The position numbers and the translations under genes were made by a program. A stretch of 64,000 nucleotides of DNA from Thermodesulfobacteriota bacterium (GTDB lineage Bacteria; Desulfobacterota_D; UBA1144; Nemesobacterales; CSP1-2): NCBI GenBank assembly GCA_035559815.1, contig DATMAT010000057.1, positions 6,359-70,358 of the forward strand. The letters are read 5' to 3'. Of this stretch, positions 45,069-55,334 are shown piece after piece (positions within the stretch are counted from its first letter, which is position 1; each line of letters opens with the position of its first letter). The notes under the pieces are model-generated. The model saw only the letters and a program-made list of their open reading frames with translations, ran no database searches and was not told the DNA's origin.

Positions 45069-45599
45069 CTATTCCGATACAGCCCATCTTATTATGTGTA
45101 GTATCATTTCTTCGGGGTCTAATATGGACCCTGTATTATCTTTCAGTAAGTAACCGTCTTCTGTTTTAACAAAAGAGACTTTAATAAGCTGTCTAGCCCT
45201 GGTGAGTAGGTTCTCGCCCGAACCGGAATTTTGTCTCTTTTTGCCGAATACCACCACCTGACCTGGCTCATCGTCGAGAAAAACTACAAACTTCTCCGGA
45301 GCAACCAGACAAAACCCGACCCGTTTTCCGGAGAGATTAAGGAAAAGGGCCAAGAGTTCCCCCGGCAAACTATAAACAGAGAGCCCTTCATCCCCCACCA
45401 ACTGGTTGTAAAAGCTTACCGCCAACTCCGCAATTTTGAGTAGGCCGTTCATAACCTCTTTTACATCGTCTGGTGCGGATTCGGCTTTCCGGTCCGCCGT
45501 TTTCGTTTTTAGTTTTTCCCTAGCCAAACTCATCACTTCCTCACGAAAGTTATTCATATTGTCTCTCCCATGTGTATTTATAATTTTATTATGTGTCAT
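45069..45599 (-). CDS. Hypothetical protein (176 aa)
   Basis: An ORF with an RBS. I recognise no motif. Confidence 0.4.
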   Translation of the reverse strand: MTHNKIINTHGRDNMNNFREEVMSLAREKLKTKTADRKAESAPDDVKEVMNGLLKIAELAVSFYNQLVGDEGLSVYSLPGELLALFLNLSGKRVGFCLVAPEKFVVFLDDEPGQVVVFGKKRQNSGSGENLLTRARQLIKVSFVKTEDGYLLKDNTGSILDPEEMILHIIRWAVSE

Positions 45600-45639
45600 T
45601 TATCCTATGACAAAGTCCTTCAAATTAATCAGACCCCAT

Positions 45640-45785
45640 ACCGTATGTCATTCCCGCGAAAGCGGGAATCCAGTTTTTTAAAAGATGGATTCCCGATTAG
45701 TACATTCGGGAATGACAGATTGGTAGATCCCGCTTAAGCTTGTACCCGAAAGCATTAATCGGGTAACGTGCGGGAATGACTTTCT
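45640..45785. repeat. Cluster of three GTCATTCCCGC...GCGGGAATGAC hairpin repeats
   Basis: gtcattcccgcgaaagcgggaatccag, cattcgggaatgacag, and gtgcgggaatgactttc are present. Confidence 0.55.
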
Positions 45786-45842
45786 TTTTGAGCATAGTAG
45801 CCATTTGGATGATCAACACTAGCTCACCATTCAGTTACAATA

Positions 45843-46184
45843 ATGATAATGAAGATTCCTATCCCCGACGGGTCGAGCTTTCTAGGCTATCTCACCACGA
45901 AGGGAAGAGTAACAGGGAAAGAGCATACAGTAAAATTACGATTAGTCTTCTACAAGGGAAGATTCTTTGCATCCAGGAGAAGCCTGGCCGGAGACTGGTT
46001 AAAAAATGTAATGACCAATCCATCGGTTTCCGTTGAAGTTAACGGGACGGTGGTCGAGGGTCTGGCCAGACTGGTCGAAGACGACGAACTATCACGAAAG
46101 ATATCGGAGTTGAAATATGACGATATACGAAGAGAAGAAAGCAGGGTGGTAGTAGAGATTACCCCTATCGAATCAACCGAATAG
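45843..46184 (+). CDS. Deazaflavin-dependent nitroreductase/PNPOx-like split-barrel family (DUF385)
   Basis: GYLTTKGRVTGKEHTVKLRLVFYKGRFF resembles the LLTTxGRKSGxxRxxPL signature of F420H2-dependent reductases. Confidence 0.55.
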   Translation: MIMKIPIPDGSSFLGYLTTKGRVTGKEHTVKLRLVFYKGRFFASRRSLAGDWLKNVMTNPSVSVEVNGTVVEGLARLVEDDELSRKISELKYDDIRREESRVVVEITPIESTE

Positions 46185-46209
46185 TACTAAGAAAACCAAG
46201 ACATGAGCC

Positions 46210-47451
46210 TTATTCAAGACCCTTCACTATTTGTTCCAAATCCGTATTAGGGTCCTTCAGCCCGTCCTCGTATTTTCTTATGTCAATGTCTCGAATTTGT
46301 ATTAGTTCCCGCACTGCCCTTACCCCCTTTCCACCCGGCTCGATGAGAAAGGCGCCAACTATTCGGCCATCTCGAACGGCAAAAGAACCGACCGGGGGTT
46401 CCCCAGGCATTCCCCTGACCCAATGTTCTTGCCCGAATTCGAGGGCACCTACAAAAATAAGCGGTAGACCAAAAATGGCCGAGTCATAACCGGTTACCTG
46501 TGAGTAGGGAATTTTTGCCCCGGCCATATTTCTTCCGGCAATTCTCCCCTGAAACTGAGCGTTCTCTATGTGACCGACCAGATGCTTTTCTCCCAGAATT
46601 AAATCATCAAACTCGGCCAGGTCTCCGGCGGCATAAACCCCGTCTATGCTGGTCTCTAGAAATTCATTAACCCGAATGCCCCGTTCAACCGATATGTCCG
46701 TACCCTTGAGGAAATCGATGTTCAGGTCAAGCCCTATACCCACCCCCACCAAATCCCCCTCATAAGTCTTTCCGCTCTCGGTTTTCACCGAACCTACTGT
46801 TCCACCCTTGCCCTCAAACTCGACCACCTTCTCGTTTGGAAAGACCTCGACCCCGCCCTCCACGAGTTTCTCTATCAGATAATTCCCTAGAGGCTCAGGT
46901 ATTAGCGTCTGCCAGACATATTTCTCCATCATAATGAGCTTTACCGGAACTCCCACTTCACGAAGAGCAACCGCCAGCTCGACCCCTATGAAGCTTCCGC
47001 CTATGACCACAGCCTGCCTTGAATTATTAGCCGCTTTTATGATTTGATTAGAGTCATCAAGGGTCCTGAGATAATAAATGCCCTCTAGGTTTCTGCCTGG
47101 AATATCAAATTTCCTCGGCCTGCCTCCGGTGGAAATTAGTAGTTTTTCATAATTGATCTCCGCCCCGTCGTCGAGTGTCACCCTTTTTTCCTGGAAACCA
47201 GACCTAACCGCACGCCTGCCCTTGATGAAAATCGCCTCGTTCTTATCAAAGAAGTCCTCCTTCACCAAATAAAGGGCATCTTCGCCAAACCGTCCTTGAA
47301 TGTATCCCTTGGTCAGAAGGGGAAGCGAATAGGTGCGATACGGCTCGGCCCCGACGATGACTATCTTCCCCTGCTTGTCCTCCTGCCTGATACCCCTCAC
47401 CGCCCAGGCCCCGGCTGGTCCTGCTCCCAGAATTAAATATTTGGTCTGCAC
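46210..47451 (-). CDS. FAD-dependent pyridine-nucleotide-disulfide oxidoreductase (NAD(P)H:acceptor reductase, rubredoxin-reductase-like)
   Basis: ILGAGPAG (FAD GxGxxG), VIGGSFIGVELA (NAD GxGxxG), and YAAGDLAE are present. Confidence 0.8.
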   Translation of the reverse strand: MQTKYLILGAGPAGAWAVRGIRQEDKQGKIVIVGAEPYRTYSLPLLTKGYIQGRFGEDALYLVKEDFFDKNEAIFIKGRRAVRSGFQEKRVTLDDGAEINYEKLLISTGGRPRKFDIPGRNLEGIYYLRTLDDSNQIIKAANNSRQAVVIGGSFIGVELAVALREVGVPVKLIMMEKYVWQTLIPEPLGNYLIEKLVEGGVEVFPNEKVVEFEGKGGTVGSVKTESGKTYEGDLVGVGIGLDLNIDFLKGTDISVERGIRVNEFLETSIDGVYAAGDLAEFDDLILGEKHLVGHIENAQFQGRIAGRNMAGAKIPYSQVTGYDSAIFGLPLIFVGALEFGQEHWVRGMPGEPPVGSFAVRDGRIVGAFLIEPGGKGVRAVRELIQIRDIDIRKYEDGLKDPNTDLEQIVKGLE

Positions 47452-47643
47452 TGCTTAATTATAAACGCTGGCACTAATCGGTAAAGAATTCGCTATTTTT
47501 AACCGGAATTTTTCTTGAGCTTGAATATAAAGAAAGTTATACTTTTTGATGTTTGATAGCAAAGAAATCCGCATTAAAAGGAGCTAAATATAGAGCATAT
47601 ACACGGCAATACATCCGGCTTAAAACCAAGCGAGCTACGCAGC

Positions 47644-49275
47644 TTGGCCAGGCTTTACAGAAGAAGAATCCCACCTAAAGAAGTAATAACCCTGGAACTG
47701 GGAAGAACGCTTTCCCAGATATCCTCCGATATAGAAAGAGCAATAAGCATTCTCATAGACCGAAGGGGAAAGGTGGAAGCTGTATTTGTAGGCGAGTCCT
47801 ATGAAGTGCCTTTTGACAAGATTCTGGAGAGGCACAGAGAGGCAAAATACAGACTGAGGGGATATCGCCTAGTTCATACCCACCTTAAAAATCCCCCCCT
47901 TACCCATTCAGACCTGGTTACCCTGCTGAACGAAAGGCTTGACCTGATTGGTGCACTAGAGGTAAGAGACGGCGGTCTTCACGGAAAATTCGAGGTGGCG
48001 CATATTCTTCCGCCAAATTCCAGGGAGGAGATGTGGCGGATAATCACGTACAACGACTTGGGAAGAATTGATATAAATTTTGAAGAGTTCATAAGAGATA
48101 TTGAGAGCGAGATAGAAAAAGCGTACTTCCAATTTGGCGGGAGGAGTGAAAAAGAAGGCGTCTTTCTGGTCGGCTTTTCCACCAAACACCGGGCAGAGGC
48201 TCAGGAATCGCTAGATGAGCTCGAATCACTGGCACTCTCTGCAGACAAAGTGGTGTTAGATAAAACGGTACAGGTTAGAAAGCAAATAGACCCCAGATAC
48301 CTCATCGGAAAGGGGAAACTGGAAGAGGTAATCCTGAAAGCGAAGCAGGTCGGCGCTGAGACTCTTATTTTTGACGTCGAGCTTACCCCAGCACAGGTGA
48401 GAGGGATCTCCGATGAGACCAACCTGCAAGTGGTAGACAGGACACAATTGATATTGGAAATCTTTTCAAGACACGCCACCACCAGCGAGGGAAAAATTCA
48501 GGTTCAGCTTGCACAGCTACGCTACACCCTACCCCGGCTTACCGGCAAGGGCGTCGAACTATCCCAACTAGGGGGCGGAATCGGCACCAGAGGGCCCGGA
48601 GAGAAGAAGCTTGAAGAGGAAAGAAGAAGATTGAGAAAACAGATAGAGCGCTACGAAAAACAGATCGAGGAGCTTAGCCGGAGGCGTGAACACACCAGAA
48701 AGCACCGAAGAGAAACCGGCGTTCCCACCGTCACCCTAATCGGTTATACCAATGTGGGGAAATCCACGCTCTTTAACGCTCTCACTAAAAGCGGGGTGGT
48801 AGTGCAGAACAAGCTCTTCTCCACTTTAAACCCCACTACCCGGAGGCTTATGCTTCCCAGCGGAAGAGAGATACTCATAACCGATACGGTCGGATTCATA
48901 AGGAATCTGCCCAAGGAGCTGGTAACCGCATTTCGGGCCACCCTCGAAGAATTGGGAGGGTCCTCTCTTCTAGTTCATGTAGCTGACTGTAGCGACCCGA
49001 TGGTAGAGGAAAGAATAGAATCGGTCGAGAACATACTGAGAGCGGCCGGCTACGACTCGGTCCCCAGAATTATAGTATTCAACAAGATAGATTCCGTCCC
49101 ATCCCAGGTAACCAAAGATGGATTAAAGAGCAGATACAAAGGAACTCTGGTATCAGCACTAAATAAAGAAACACTTGATGACCTACTGGAAAAACTGGAC
49201 GAGGAAATAAAATTCCTCGAAATCGGCAGACAAACTCAAATAACTAAGTCTAATCTATCGGAAGCTAAAGCCTGA
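47644..49275 (+). CDS. hflX: GTPase HflX with an N-terminal extension
   Basis: The G1 motif is GYTNVGKSTLFNALT and the G3 is DTVGF. An HflX N-domain and coiled coil are present. The annotated start is a TTG and the true start may be downstream. Confidence 0.8.
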   Translation: MARLYRRRIPPKEVITLELGRTLSQISSDIERAISILIDRRGKVEAVFVGESYEVPFDKILERHREAKYRLRGYRLVHTHLKNPPLTHSDLVTLLNERLDLIGALEVRDGGLHGKFEVAHILPPNSREEMWRIITYNDLGRIDINFEEFIRDIESEIEKAYFQFGGRSEKEGVFLVGFSTKHRAEAQESLDELESLALSADKVVLDKTVQVRKQIDPRYLIGKGKLEEVILKAKQVGAETLIFDVELTPAQVRGISDETNLQVVDRTQLILEIFSRHATTSEGKIQVQLAQLRYTLPRLTGKGVELSQLGGGIGTRGPGEKKLEEERRRLRKQIERYEKQIEELSRRREHTRKHRRETGVPTVTLIGYTNVGKSTLFNALTKSGVVVQNKLFSTLNPTTRRLMLPSGREILITDTVGFIRNLPKELVTAFRATLEELGGSSLLVHVADCSDPMVEERIESVENILRAAGYDSVPRIIVFNKIDSVPSQVTKDGLKSRYKGTLVSALNKETLDDLLEKLDEEIKFLEIGRQTQITKSNLSEAKA

Positions 49276-49336
49276 CCGGATATGACTGAAATTCTCGAAG
49301 CTCTTTAGACCGGCATACAAGAAGTTCGGTACTGGA

Positions 49337-50239
49337 TCAAATAGCCACCTCGGCTATCCCGCCCTTTATAACCTTGATATCATCCTCCTGTCTCGTCACC
49401 TCAAAACCCAGTATGGTCCTTCCATCCTGCCTGCCTATCTCCCACCCGTCAGCAACGAGAACATCACCGGGATAGACCGGGCTGGAGAACCGTACGTTGA
49501 TCCTGGACAACAAGGCCGGGTTGCTATCGGCGTAGCACTCGATTATGGCCCTCATGGCCATAGACATCGTACAAAGACCGTGCACGATTATCCCCTTAAG
49601 CCCGGCTGCTTTGGCCACCTTTTCATCGATATGAATCGGGTTCCGGTCATTGGATGCTTCGGCGTATCTATAGGTGATGTCCTCACTCACCCTTATAATC
49701 CTCCTGAATGCCAGGGGGCTCTCTCCACCTAGCGCAACCGGTTCCTTCTTCCCGTCGTTCTTGGGCTTCTGCCCGCTTCCGATGCCCCTTATGAATATTC
49801 CCCAAACGGAGTCTACAACCTTAACCCCGTTTTGGTCCCTCGAAGCAACATTAAAAACTATGAGCTCGCCGCTGCCCTTATCCTCTATGCTCTTTATCTT
49901 AGCTACGGCGGTGATTTTATCCCCGGGTCGAATCGGCTTGTAGAAATGCATTTCCTGCTCGCCATGGACCAGCATGAGAACATTACGTGCCGCTTGCTCC
50001 CTTCCTCCATGAAGACCTTCGTCAGTCCATATTTCTTCGAGTAAAGGAAGCTCGTAGACAACAGCGAAGCTCGGAGGAGCCATGCCCAGCGGTCCCTCCG
50101 GGCTTAAGGCGCCGTCATAATTGAAGTAGGTTAGGTTACGGGCTCCAATAGCCCAGGCATACTTGTGTATAGCCTCCTCAGTAACCTCGTAAACTATCGG
50201 ACTGAATTCCTTGCCTATGTATTCCCGGTTAAGGCCCAT
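49337..50239 (-). CDS. Double hot-dog MaoC-like (R)-specific enoyl-CoA hydratase/dehydratase
   Basis: The C-terminal MaoC signature is NPIHIDEKVAKAAGLKGIIVHGLCT. There is an N-terminal hot-dog half. The likely start is MGLNREY. Confidence 0.75.
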   Translation of the reverse strand: MGLNREYIGKEFSPIVYEVTEEAIHKYAWAIGARNLTYFNYDGALSPEGPLGMAPPSFAVVYELPLLEEIWTDEGLHGGREQAARNVLMLVHGEQEMHFYKPIRPGDKITAVAKIKSIEDKGSGELIVFNVASRDQNGVKVVDSVWGIFIRGIGSGQKPKNDGKKEPVALGGESPLAFRRIIRVSEDITYRYAEASNDRNPIHIDEKVAKAAGLKGIIVHGLCTMSMAMRAIIECYADSNPALLSRINVRFSSPVYPGDVLVADGWEIGRQDGRTILGFEVTRQEDDIKVIKGGIAEVAI

Positions 50240-50778
50240 GTTTATTCTCTCCTTCTTTCTCCTATTTGTGTTTCTTACATCTTTTCCAGAATCTACACCG
50301 ACCACAACCCATTTTAGGTTTGCAACTGCACAGACCTCTACTATAACAAACTGTAAATACGTGAGGAAAATCCTTCCATATTTAGAAATTGGTAAACAGT
50401 TGGGATACCATATTCGCCCCTAAAATCCTCAAAACCCATTGATATATTTGAGTAATTATTGCAGTCAGGGAATTCTTTAGGCCTCATTGCCGTTATTTTT
50501 AATTTAATATGAAAAAGTACTCTTTGTCAACATAATAATTCGCAATTGCAAAATCCTGCTTATTATAATTAGCTCCGTATCACAGACAGAGGCGAACAAT
50601 AATTAACTTTGAAATAGAGGCTAAAGCAATAGGATTTAAGTATGGTTTAAGCACCGGGAATTAAGAATGCCCTTCTCCTGTTTGGTCAATTTTTGAATGT
50701 CCAGGCCTGGATAAGTCCTTGATTTTCCACCAACAGGTAATATCTTATGAGAAAAGCGCCATTTCCGGAGGATTAGAC

Positions 50779-53382
50779 ATGAAGTTTGAAAAATTAACGA
50801 TCAAGGCACAGGAAGCGGTTGGGGAAGCGCAGGCTATCGCCCAAAGGGAAAAGAATCAACTGATCGATATACCGCATTTGCTATTCGCACTACTTAACGA
50901 AGAAGGAATTCCTACTGAGATCATAGGTAAAATAGGTGCCAACCCGCACGCCATTCGTGACCTGGCAAAGAGGGAGATCGGATTATTGCCCAAAATAGAG
51001 GGGGCGGCAGACCAGGTTTATCTAAGCCGGGAAATGAGCCAGGCGCTAAATACTGCCGAGCAAGAAGCCAAATCCCTAGGCGACGAATACATAAGCACGG
51101 AACATCTTCTTCTGGGAATAGCGCAACAAGCTATAGGCAACATTAAAAACGAGTTTAAACGGCTGGGTATAACCAGAGAAAATATACTCAAGGTTCTCAA
51201 AGAGGTAAGAGGCGGGCAAACCATAACCAGCCAAACCCCGGAGGAGACATTCCAGGCCCTCAAGCAGTACGGCAAAGACTTCACCGAGCTTGCCCGTCAG
51301 GGAAAGCTCGACCCGGTAATCGGCCGTGACGACGAGATTAGAAGAGTCATACAGGTGTTATCACGGAGGACTAAGAATAACCCGGTGTTGATAGGAGAGC
51401 CGGGGGTAGGAAAGACGGCAATCGTAGAGGGGTTAGCACAGAGAATAGTAAACGGGGATGTACCCGAGGGCCTCAAAAATAAACGCCTGGTAGCTCTCGA
51501 CGTGGGAGCGCTGGTGGCCGGCGCAAAGTACCGAGGGCAATTCGAAGAGCGGCTCAAAGCGGTGTTGAAAGAAATCACCGAATCTCAGGGTGAGATAATC
51601 CTCTTTATAGATGAGATCCATACCGTCGTTGGAGCCGGCGCAGCCGAGGGAGCGATGGATGCATCAAACATGCTCAAACCAGCCCTGGCCCGCGGCGAGC
51701 TTCACTGTATAGGCGCCACCACACTCGACGAATACCGGAAGCACATTGAAAAGGATGCCGCACTGGAGAGGAGATTCCAGCAGGTATTCGTGGACGAGCC
51801 TACTGTAGAGGAAACGATTTCTATACTCAGGGGTCTCAAAGACAAATACGAGGTTCATCACGGGGTGAAGATAAAAGACGAGGCCCTGATCGCCGCGGCC
51901 GTACTTTCCAACCGATACATAACCGGAAGATTTCTCCCGGATAAGGCCGTTGACTTGATAGACGAAGCCGCAGCAAGGCTGAGGATGGAAATAGACTCCA
52001 TGCCTACTGAGATTGATGAAATCGAGCGGCGGATTATGCAACTGGAGATAGAAAGAGAGGCTCTAAAAAAAGAAAAGGACGAAGCCTCGGTGGAAAAACT
52101 GAATTTGATTGAGAAGCAGATCAGCAACCTCAGGGAAGAAGCGGACAGCTTGAAAGCGCACTGGCAGAGGGAAAAGGAGCATATATCCGAGATCAGAAAG
52201 ATAAAAGAAGAAATCGACAGGGTGAAGATGGAAGCAGAAAAAGCGCAGAGGCTTAGCGACCTCTCCAAGGCATCTGAGCTTCTGTACGGAAAGCTCCCTG
52301 AACTAAACAAGAAACTAGAGGACAAGAGTAAAGAACTGGCCGAGATTCAGAAGGCAAAGAAGATGCTTAAAGAAGAGGTTGACGCCGAGGACATTGCCGA
52401 GATTGTATCCAAGTGGACCGGGATTCCGGTCTCAAGGCTCATGGAGGGCGAAGTGGAAAAGCTCATCCACATGGAAGAGCGTCTTTCAAAAAGAGTGGTG
52501 GGACAAGAAGAGGCAATTAGGGCGGTTTCTGATGCCCTCAGGCGTTCCCGTGCTGGCCTTTCCGACCCGAAGAGGCCGATCGGATCCTTCATTTTCCTTG
52601 GTCCAACCGGCGTGGGAAAAACAGAACTGGCCAGGGCGCTTGCCGAATTCATGTTTGATGACGAGAACGCAATGGTGCGTATTGATATGAGCGAGTACAT
52701 GGAGAAGCACACCGTATCCAGGCTGATAGGCGCTCCTCCGGGCTATGTTGGATATGAAGAGGGTGGACAACTAACCGAGGCGGTAAGAAGACGCCCCTAC
52801 TCCGTGATATTATTCGATGAAATCGAAAAAGCACACAACGATGTTTTCAATATCTTGCTTCAAATCCTGGACGATGGACGTCTTACCGACGGGCATGGAA
52901 GAACTGTAGATTTCAGGAACACCGTTATCATCATGACCTCTAACCTGGGAAGTTCAGAGATACACGGGATGATGAAAGAGGAAGCGGTCAGACAGAAGGT
53001 GATGAATGTGCTGAGAGAGCACTTCAGGCCGGAATTCTTAAACCGAGTGGATGAAATAATCATTTTCCGGTCCCTCTCTATAGAACGGTTAAAGGAGATT
53101 GTCGGTATTCAGATTGAATATCTAAGAAAGAGACTCTCCGAGAAAAAGATCGAACTCGAACTCAAGGAAGAAGCAAAAGAATTACTGGCCGAAAAGGGAT
53201 ACGACCCGGTTTACGGGGCCAGGCCGCTCAAGAGGACCATCCAGCGGCTCATAGAAAACCCATTGGCTACAAAGATTTTGCAAGGAGAATTTAAGGAAGG
53301 AGATACCGTGCTGGTGGATGTGGACAAAAACAAGGAATTTGTCTTCACCAAGAAGCAGAAGAAGAAGGTAGCGGCTAGCTGA
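50779..53382 (+). CDS. clpB: ATP-dependent chaperone ClpB
   Basis: Clp_N repeats are present. NBD1 has a Walker [10 protein letters not shown] coiled-coil M-domain is present. NBD2 has [16 protein letters not shown]. The most likely start is MKFEKL at 50779 with the RBS GGAGGA. Confidence 0.92.
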   Translation: MKFEKLTIKAQEAVGEAQAIAQREKNQLIDIPHLLFALLNEEGIPTEIIGKIGANPHAIRDLAKREIGLLPKIEGAADQVYLSREMSQALNTAEQEAKSLGDEYISTEHLLLGIAQQAIGNIKNEFKRLGITRENILKVLKEVRGGQTITSQTPEETFQALKQYGKDFTELARQGKLDPVIGRDDEIRRVIQVLSRRTKNNPVLIGEPGVGKTAIVEGLAQRIVNGDVPEGLKNKRLVALDVGALVAGAKYRGQFEERLKAVLKEITESQGEIILFIDEIHTVVGAGAAEGAMDASNMLKPALARGELHCIGATTLDEYRKHIEKDAALERRFQQVFVDEPTVEETISILRGLKDKYEVHHGVKIKDEALIAAAVLSNRYITGRFLPDKAVDLIDEAAARLRMEIDSMPTEIDEIERRIMQLEIEREALKKEKDEASVEKLNLIEKQISNLREEADSLKAHWQREKEHISEIRKIKEEIDRVKMEAEKAQRLSDLSKASELLYGKLPELNKKLEDKSKELAEIQKAKKMLKEEVDAEDIAEIVSKWTGIPVSRLMEGEVEKLIHMEERLSKRVVGQEEAIRAVSDALRRSRAGLSDPKRPIGSFIFLGPTGVGKTELARALAEFMFDDENAMVRIDMSEYMEKHTVSRLIGAPPGYVGYEEGGQLTEAVRRRPYSVILFDEIEKAHNDVFNILLQILDDGRLTDGHGRTVDFRNTVIIMTSNLGSSEIHGMMKEEAVRQKVMNVLREHFRPEFLNRVDEIIIFRSLSIERLKEIVGIQIEYLRKRLSEKKIELELKEEAKELLAEKGYDPVYGARPLKRTIQRLIENPLATKILQGEFKEGDTVLVDVDKNKEFVFTKKQKKKVAAS

Positions 53383-53393
53383 TGCATACGTCA

Positions 53394-53417
53394 AGGGGCG
53401 CGCTGCAGCGTGCCCCT
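53394..53417 (+). terminator. AGGGGCGCGCTGCAGCGTGCCCCT palindromic hairpin after clpB
   Basis: A GC-rich stem immediately 3' of the stop codon. It belongs to the same palindrome family as 22129-22156. Confidence 0.45.
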
Positions 53418-53434
53418 ACAACAACAATCACAAA

Positions 53435-53875
53435 TCAATCCAATGGATTCATCACGTTTAGAAATTCGAATCTGGCAAAGTGTTTTGTGTTTCTCGTAAT
53501 TATTCCATCGACCCCGTTATCCAGAAGCGTTGCGACAAAAACTAGGTCAAATATATCTTGCCCCGCTATGTCATAGTTAGATAGCAAGTTTATGACATTT
53601 CGCAAATTGCTTTTACGGGGATATATCTTGGGTATGTTTTTAGCTCTTATATAAGTTTCTATTATTTCTCTTGCCTGACCAGTTGGTAAAGGCTTCTCCA
53701 CCCGTCGTGCGTTTGTAATAACAGAATAGAATTCGTATAAGCTTTGATAGGGTAAGCAGGTACTTATGCTTCCGGTTAATACCTCTTCCTTTAAGAAAGC
53801 ATGGGCTTTCGGATTAAGTGGGCTGTCCAGATTGAAGGCGTAAACTAAAATATTGGTGTCAATAGCATATACCAC
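53435..53875 (-). CDS. vapC: PIN-domain toxin (VapC-like)
   Basis: MVYAIDTNILVYAF carries the first acidic residue. Later acidic residues appear in ...DIAGQD... Length is 146 aa. Its start overlaps the upstream stop. Confidence 0.8.
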   Translation of the reverse strand: MVYAIDTNILVYAFNLDSPLNPKAHAFLKEEVLTGSISTCLPYQSLYEFYSVITNARRVEKPLPTGQAREIIETYIRAKNIPKIYPRKSNLRNVINLLSNYDIAGQDIFDLVFVATLLDNGVDGIITRNTKHFARFEFLNVMNPLD

Positions 53876-54189
53876 TAATTATTACCCATTTTACGGTCAA
53901 GATACTCTTCATAAACGCTTTTTCTCGTTAAGGCTTCCTCTTTGATCTCGCCTAAATGCCCTGTAGGGATTTCCTTTAATTCTATGCCTTCTTCCTTACT
54001 TAAAGCTCTACCCCGTCTTAAGAGAAATTCTCTCAAGTCCTCTTCCGTTACCCTGTAGCTGCGTCCTACCTTGACCGCTTTAAGACGCCCCTGTTCAATA
54101 TAACCTCTCAGAGTTACTTTATTGACCCCCAGAATTTTTGATAACTCGTCTAAGTTATAAATCTTTAGTCCCGCTACCCTTATCGGCAT
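53875..54189 (-). CDS. HTH (excisionase/MerR-like) antitoxin partner of VapC
   Basis: LDELSKILGVNKVTLRGYIEQGRLKAVKVGRSYRVTEEDL is an HTH_17-type DNA-binding fold. It is translationally coupled to the PIN gene. Confidence 0.6.
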   Translation of the reverse strand: MPIRVAGLKIYNLDELSKILGVNKVTLRGYIEQGRLKAVKVGRSYRVTEEDLREFLLRRGRALSKEEGIELKEIPTGHLGEIKEEALTRKSVYEEYLDRKMGNN

Positions 54190-54700
54190 CTTATTGCCTT
54201 TTGAACATGTTCTTAGTACTATATTATAACTTTAAATTAGTTTGTCAAGCGTTTTCTATGTTAACGTAACTTTTTATAGATCGGATTCTTCTAACAGGGG
54301 TGGCAGAAACGTCTACGGTAAAGGTTTTGCTGTAATTTAAGGCGAGCTTGGAGAGCAGTTCTGGATAAAAAGACGGCGCTCTGGGATTTTCCTATGTTCC
54401 TAGTTGTTGTCACGCTTCCTTTCTTCATTGTAGCCCTTTACACCTCATATATGATAATGTTCTGGGCTACAATTTTTTTCACCACGAGCATTTTACTGAA
54501 ACTCTGTCTGTCAACTGAATGGTGCTCTTCTATGAACAGAAATAACAATTTTGTCATTAAAAACACCACTAATCTTGACTTGAAATCAGGTTTTTTGTAC
54601 TTTATGGGCTATAATCAGTGAGAGCGTATGTTTGCGGTACAACTCACTTAATAAAATGTTATATTGCGTTTTTCAATCTAAGTAAGTTAACCACTAGCCC

Positions 54701-55292
54701 ATGGGTAGACTGTCTATTCCTAATCCGCTCAAAGTTGAGTTCGCTACCGTTGAAGCTCTTTGGAACTCAACAGGAAAAACTCGACGTGTTGATGCCCTGA
54801 TCCTATCATGGGTTAAATATGAGAAGCAGCTTCGGCGTCTATTCTGCTTTCTAGTGTTCCAACACCCGAAGATCAGCTCTGATAAGATTGATGAAATCGT
54901 CACTGTTCAAAAGAAACCTTTATCCAGAAACTTTCATCGCTGGCATCAAAGCTCTTGGCGTTACTACAGTACCAGAACTGCTTGATGAGCGTCATGCAAA
55001 ACTCTGGGCGGAGATATGTCGCATTAAGAAGTATAGAAACAAGCTTATTCATGGTCAGATAACCGGCCAAGGTATCTCATCTGCTCAACTGGAGCAGGAT
55101 ACTCTCTGGATTATCGAATGGATTTCCTGCCTTGCTCAAGCTGCGGAAAATACCTTTGGCTACGATGGACTTAAGCGGAACACATACCGCAATGCCAAGA
55201 GCATTTCAAAGATCAATGTTGAGCGCTATCCATTCTCAACGGCTGAAGAGTTCAAGCAATGGCTGTCTCGGTTAGTAGCTAAGTTTGGCTAA
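54701..55292 (+). pseudogene. Probable frameshifted gene (two overlapping ORFs in frames +2/+3), function unknown
   Basis: ORF 54701-54985 and ORF 54888-55292 overlap by 98 nt. The amino-acid sense is continuous across a +1 shift near 54890-54900. The region is AT-rich. Confidence 0.35.
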
Positions 55293-55334
55293 CAAAGTTC
55301 ATTTATATTTGAGTATTCATTTTGAGGATAGGAA

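Noticed and set aside
54394-54621. 75-aa hydrophobic ORF at the start of the AT-rich islet
   Set aside because: It has AT-rich low-complexity composition and no RBS, so it is more likely non-coding.
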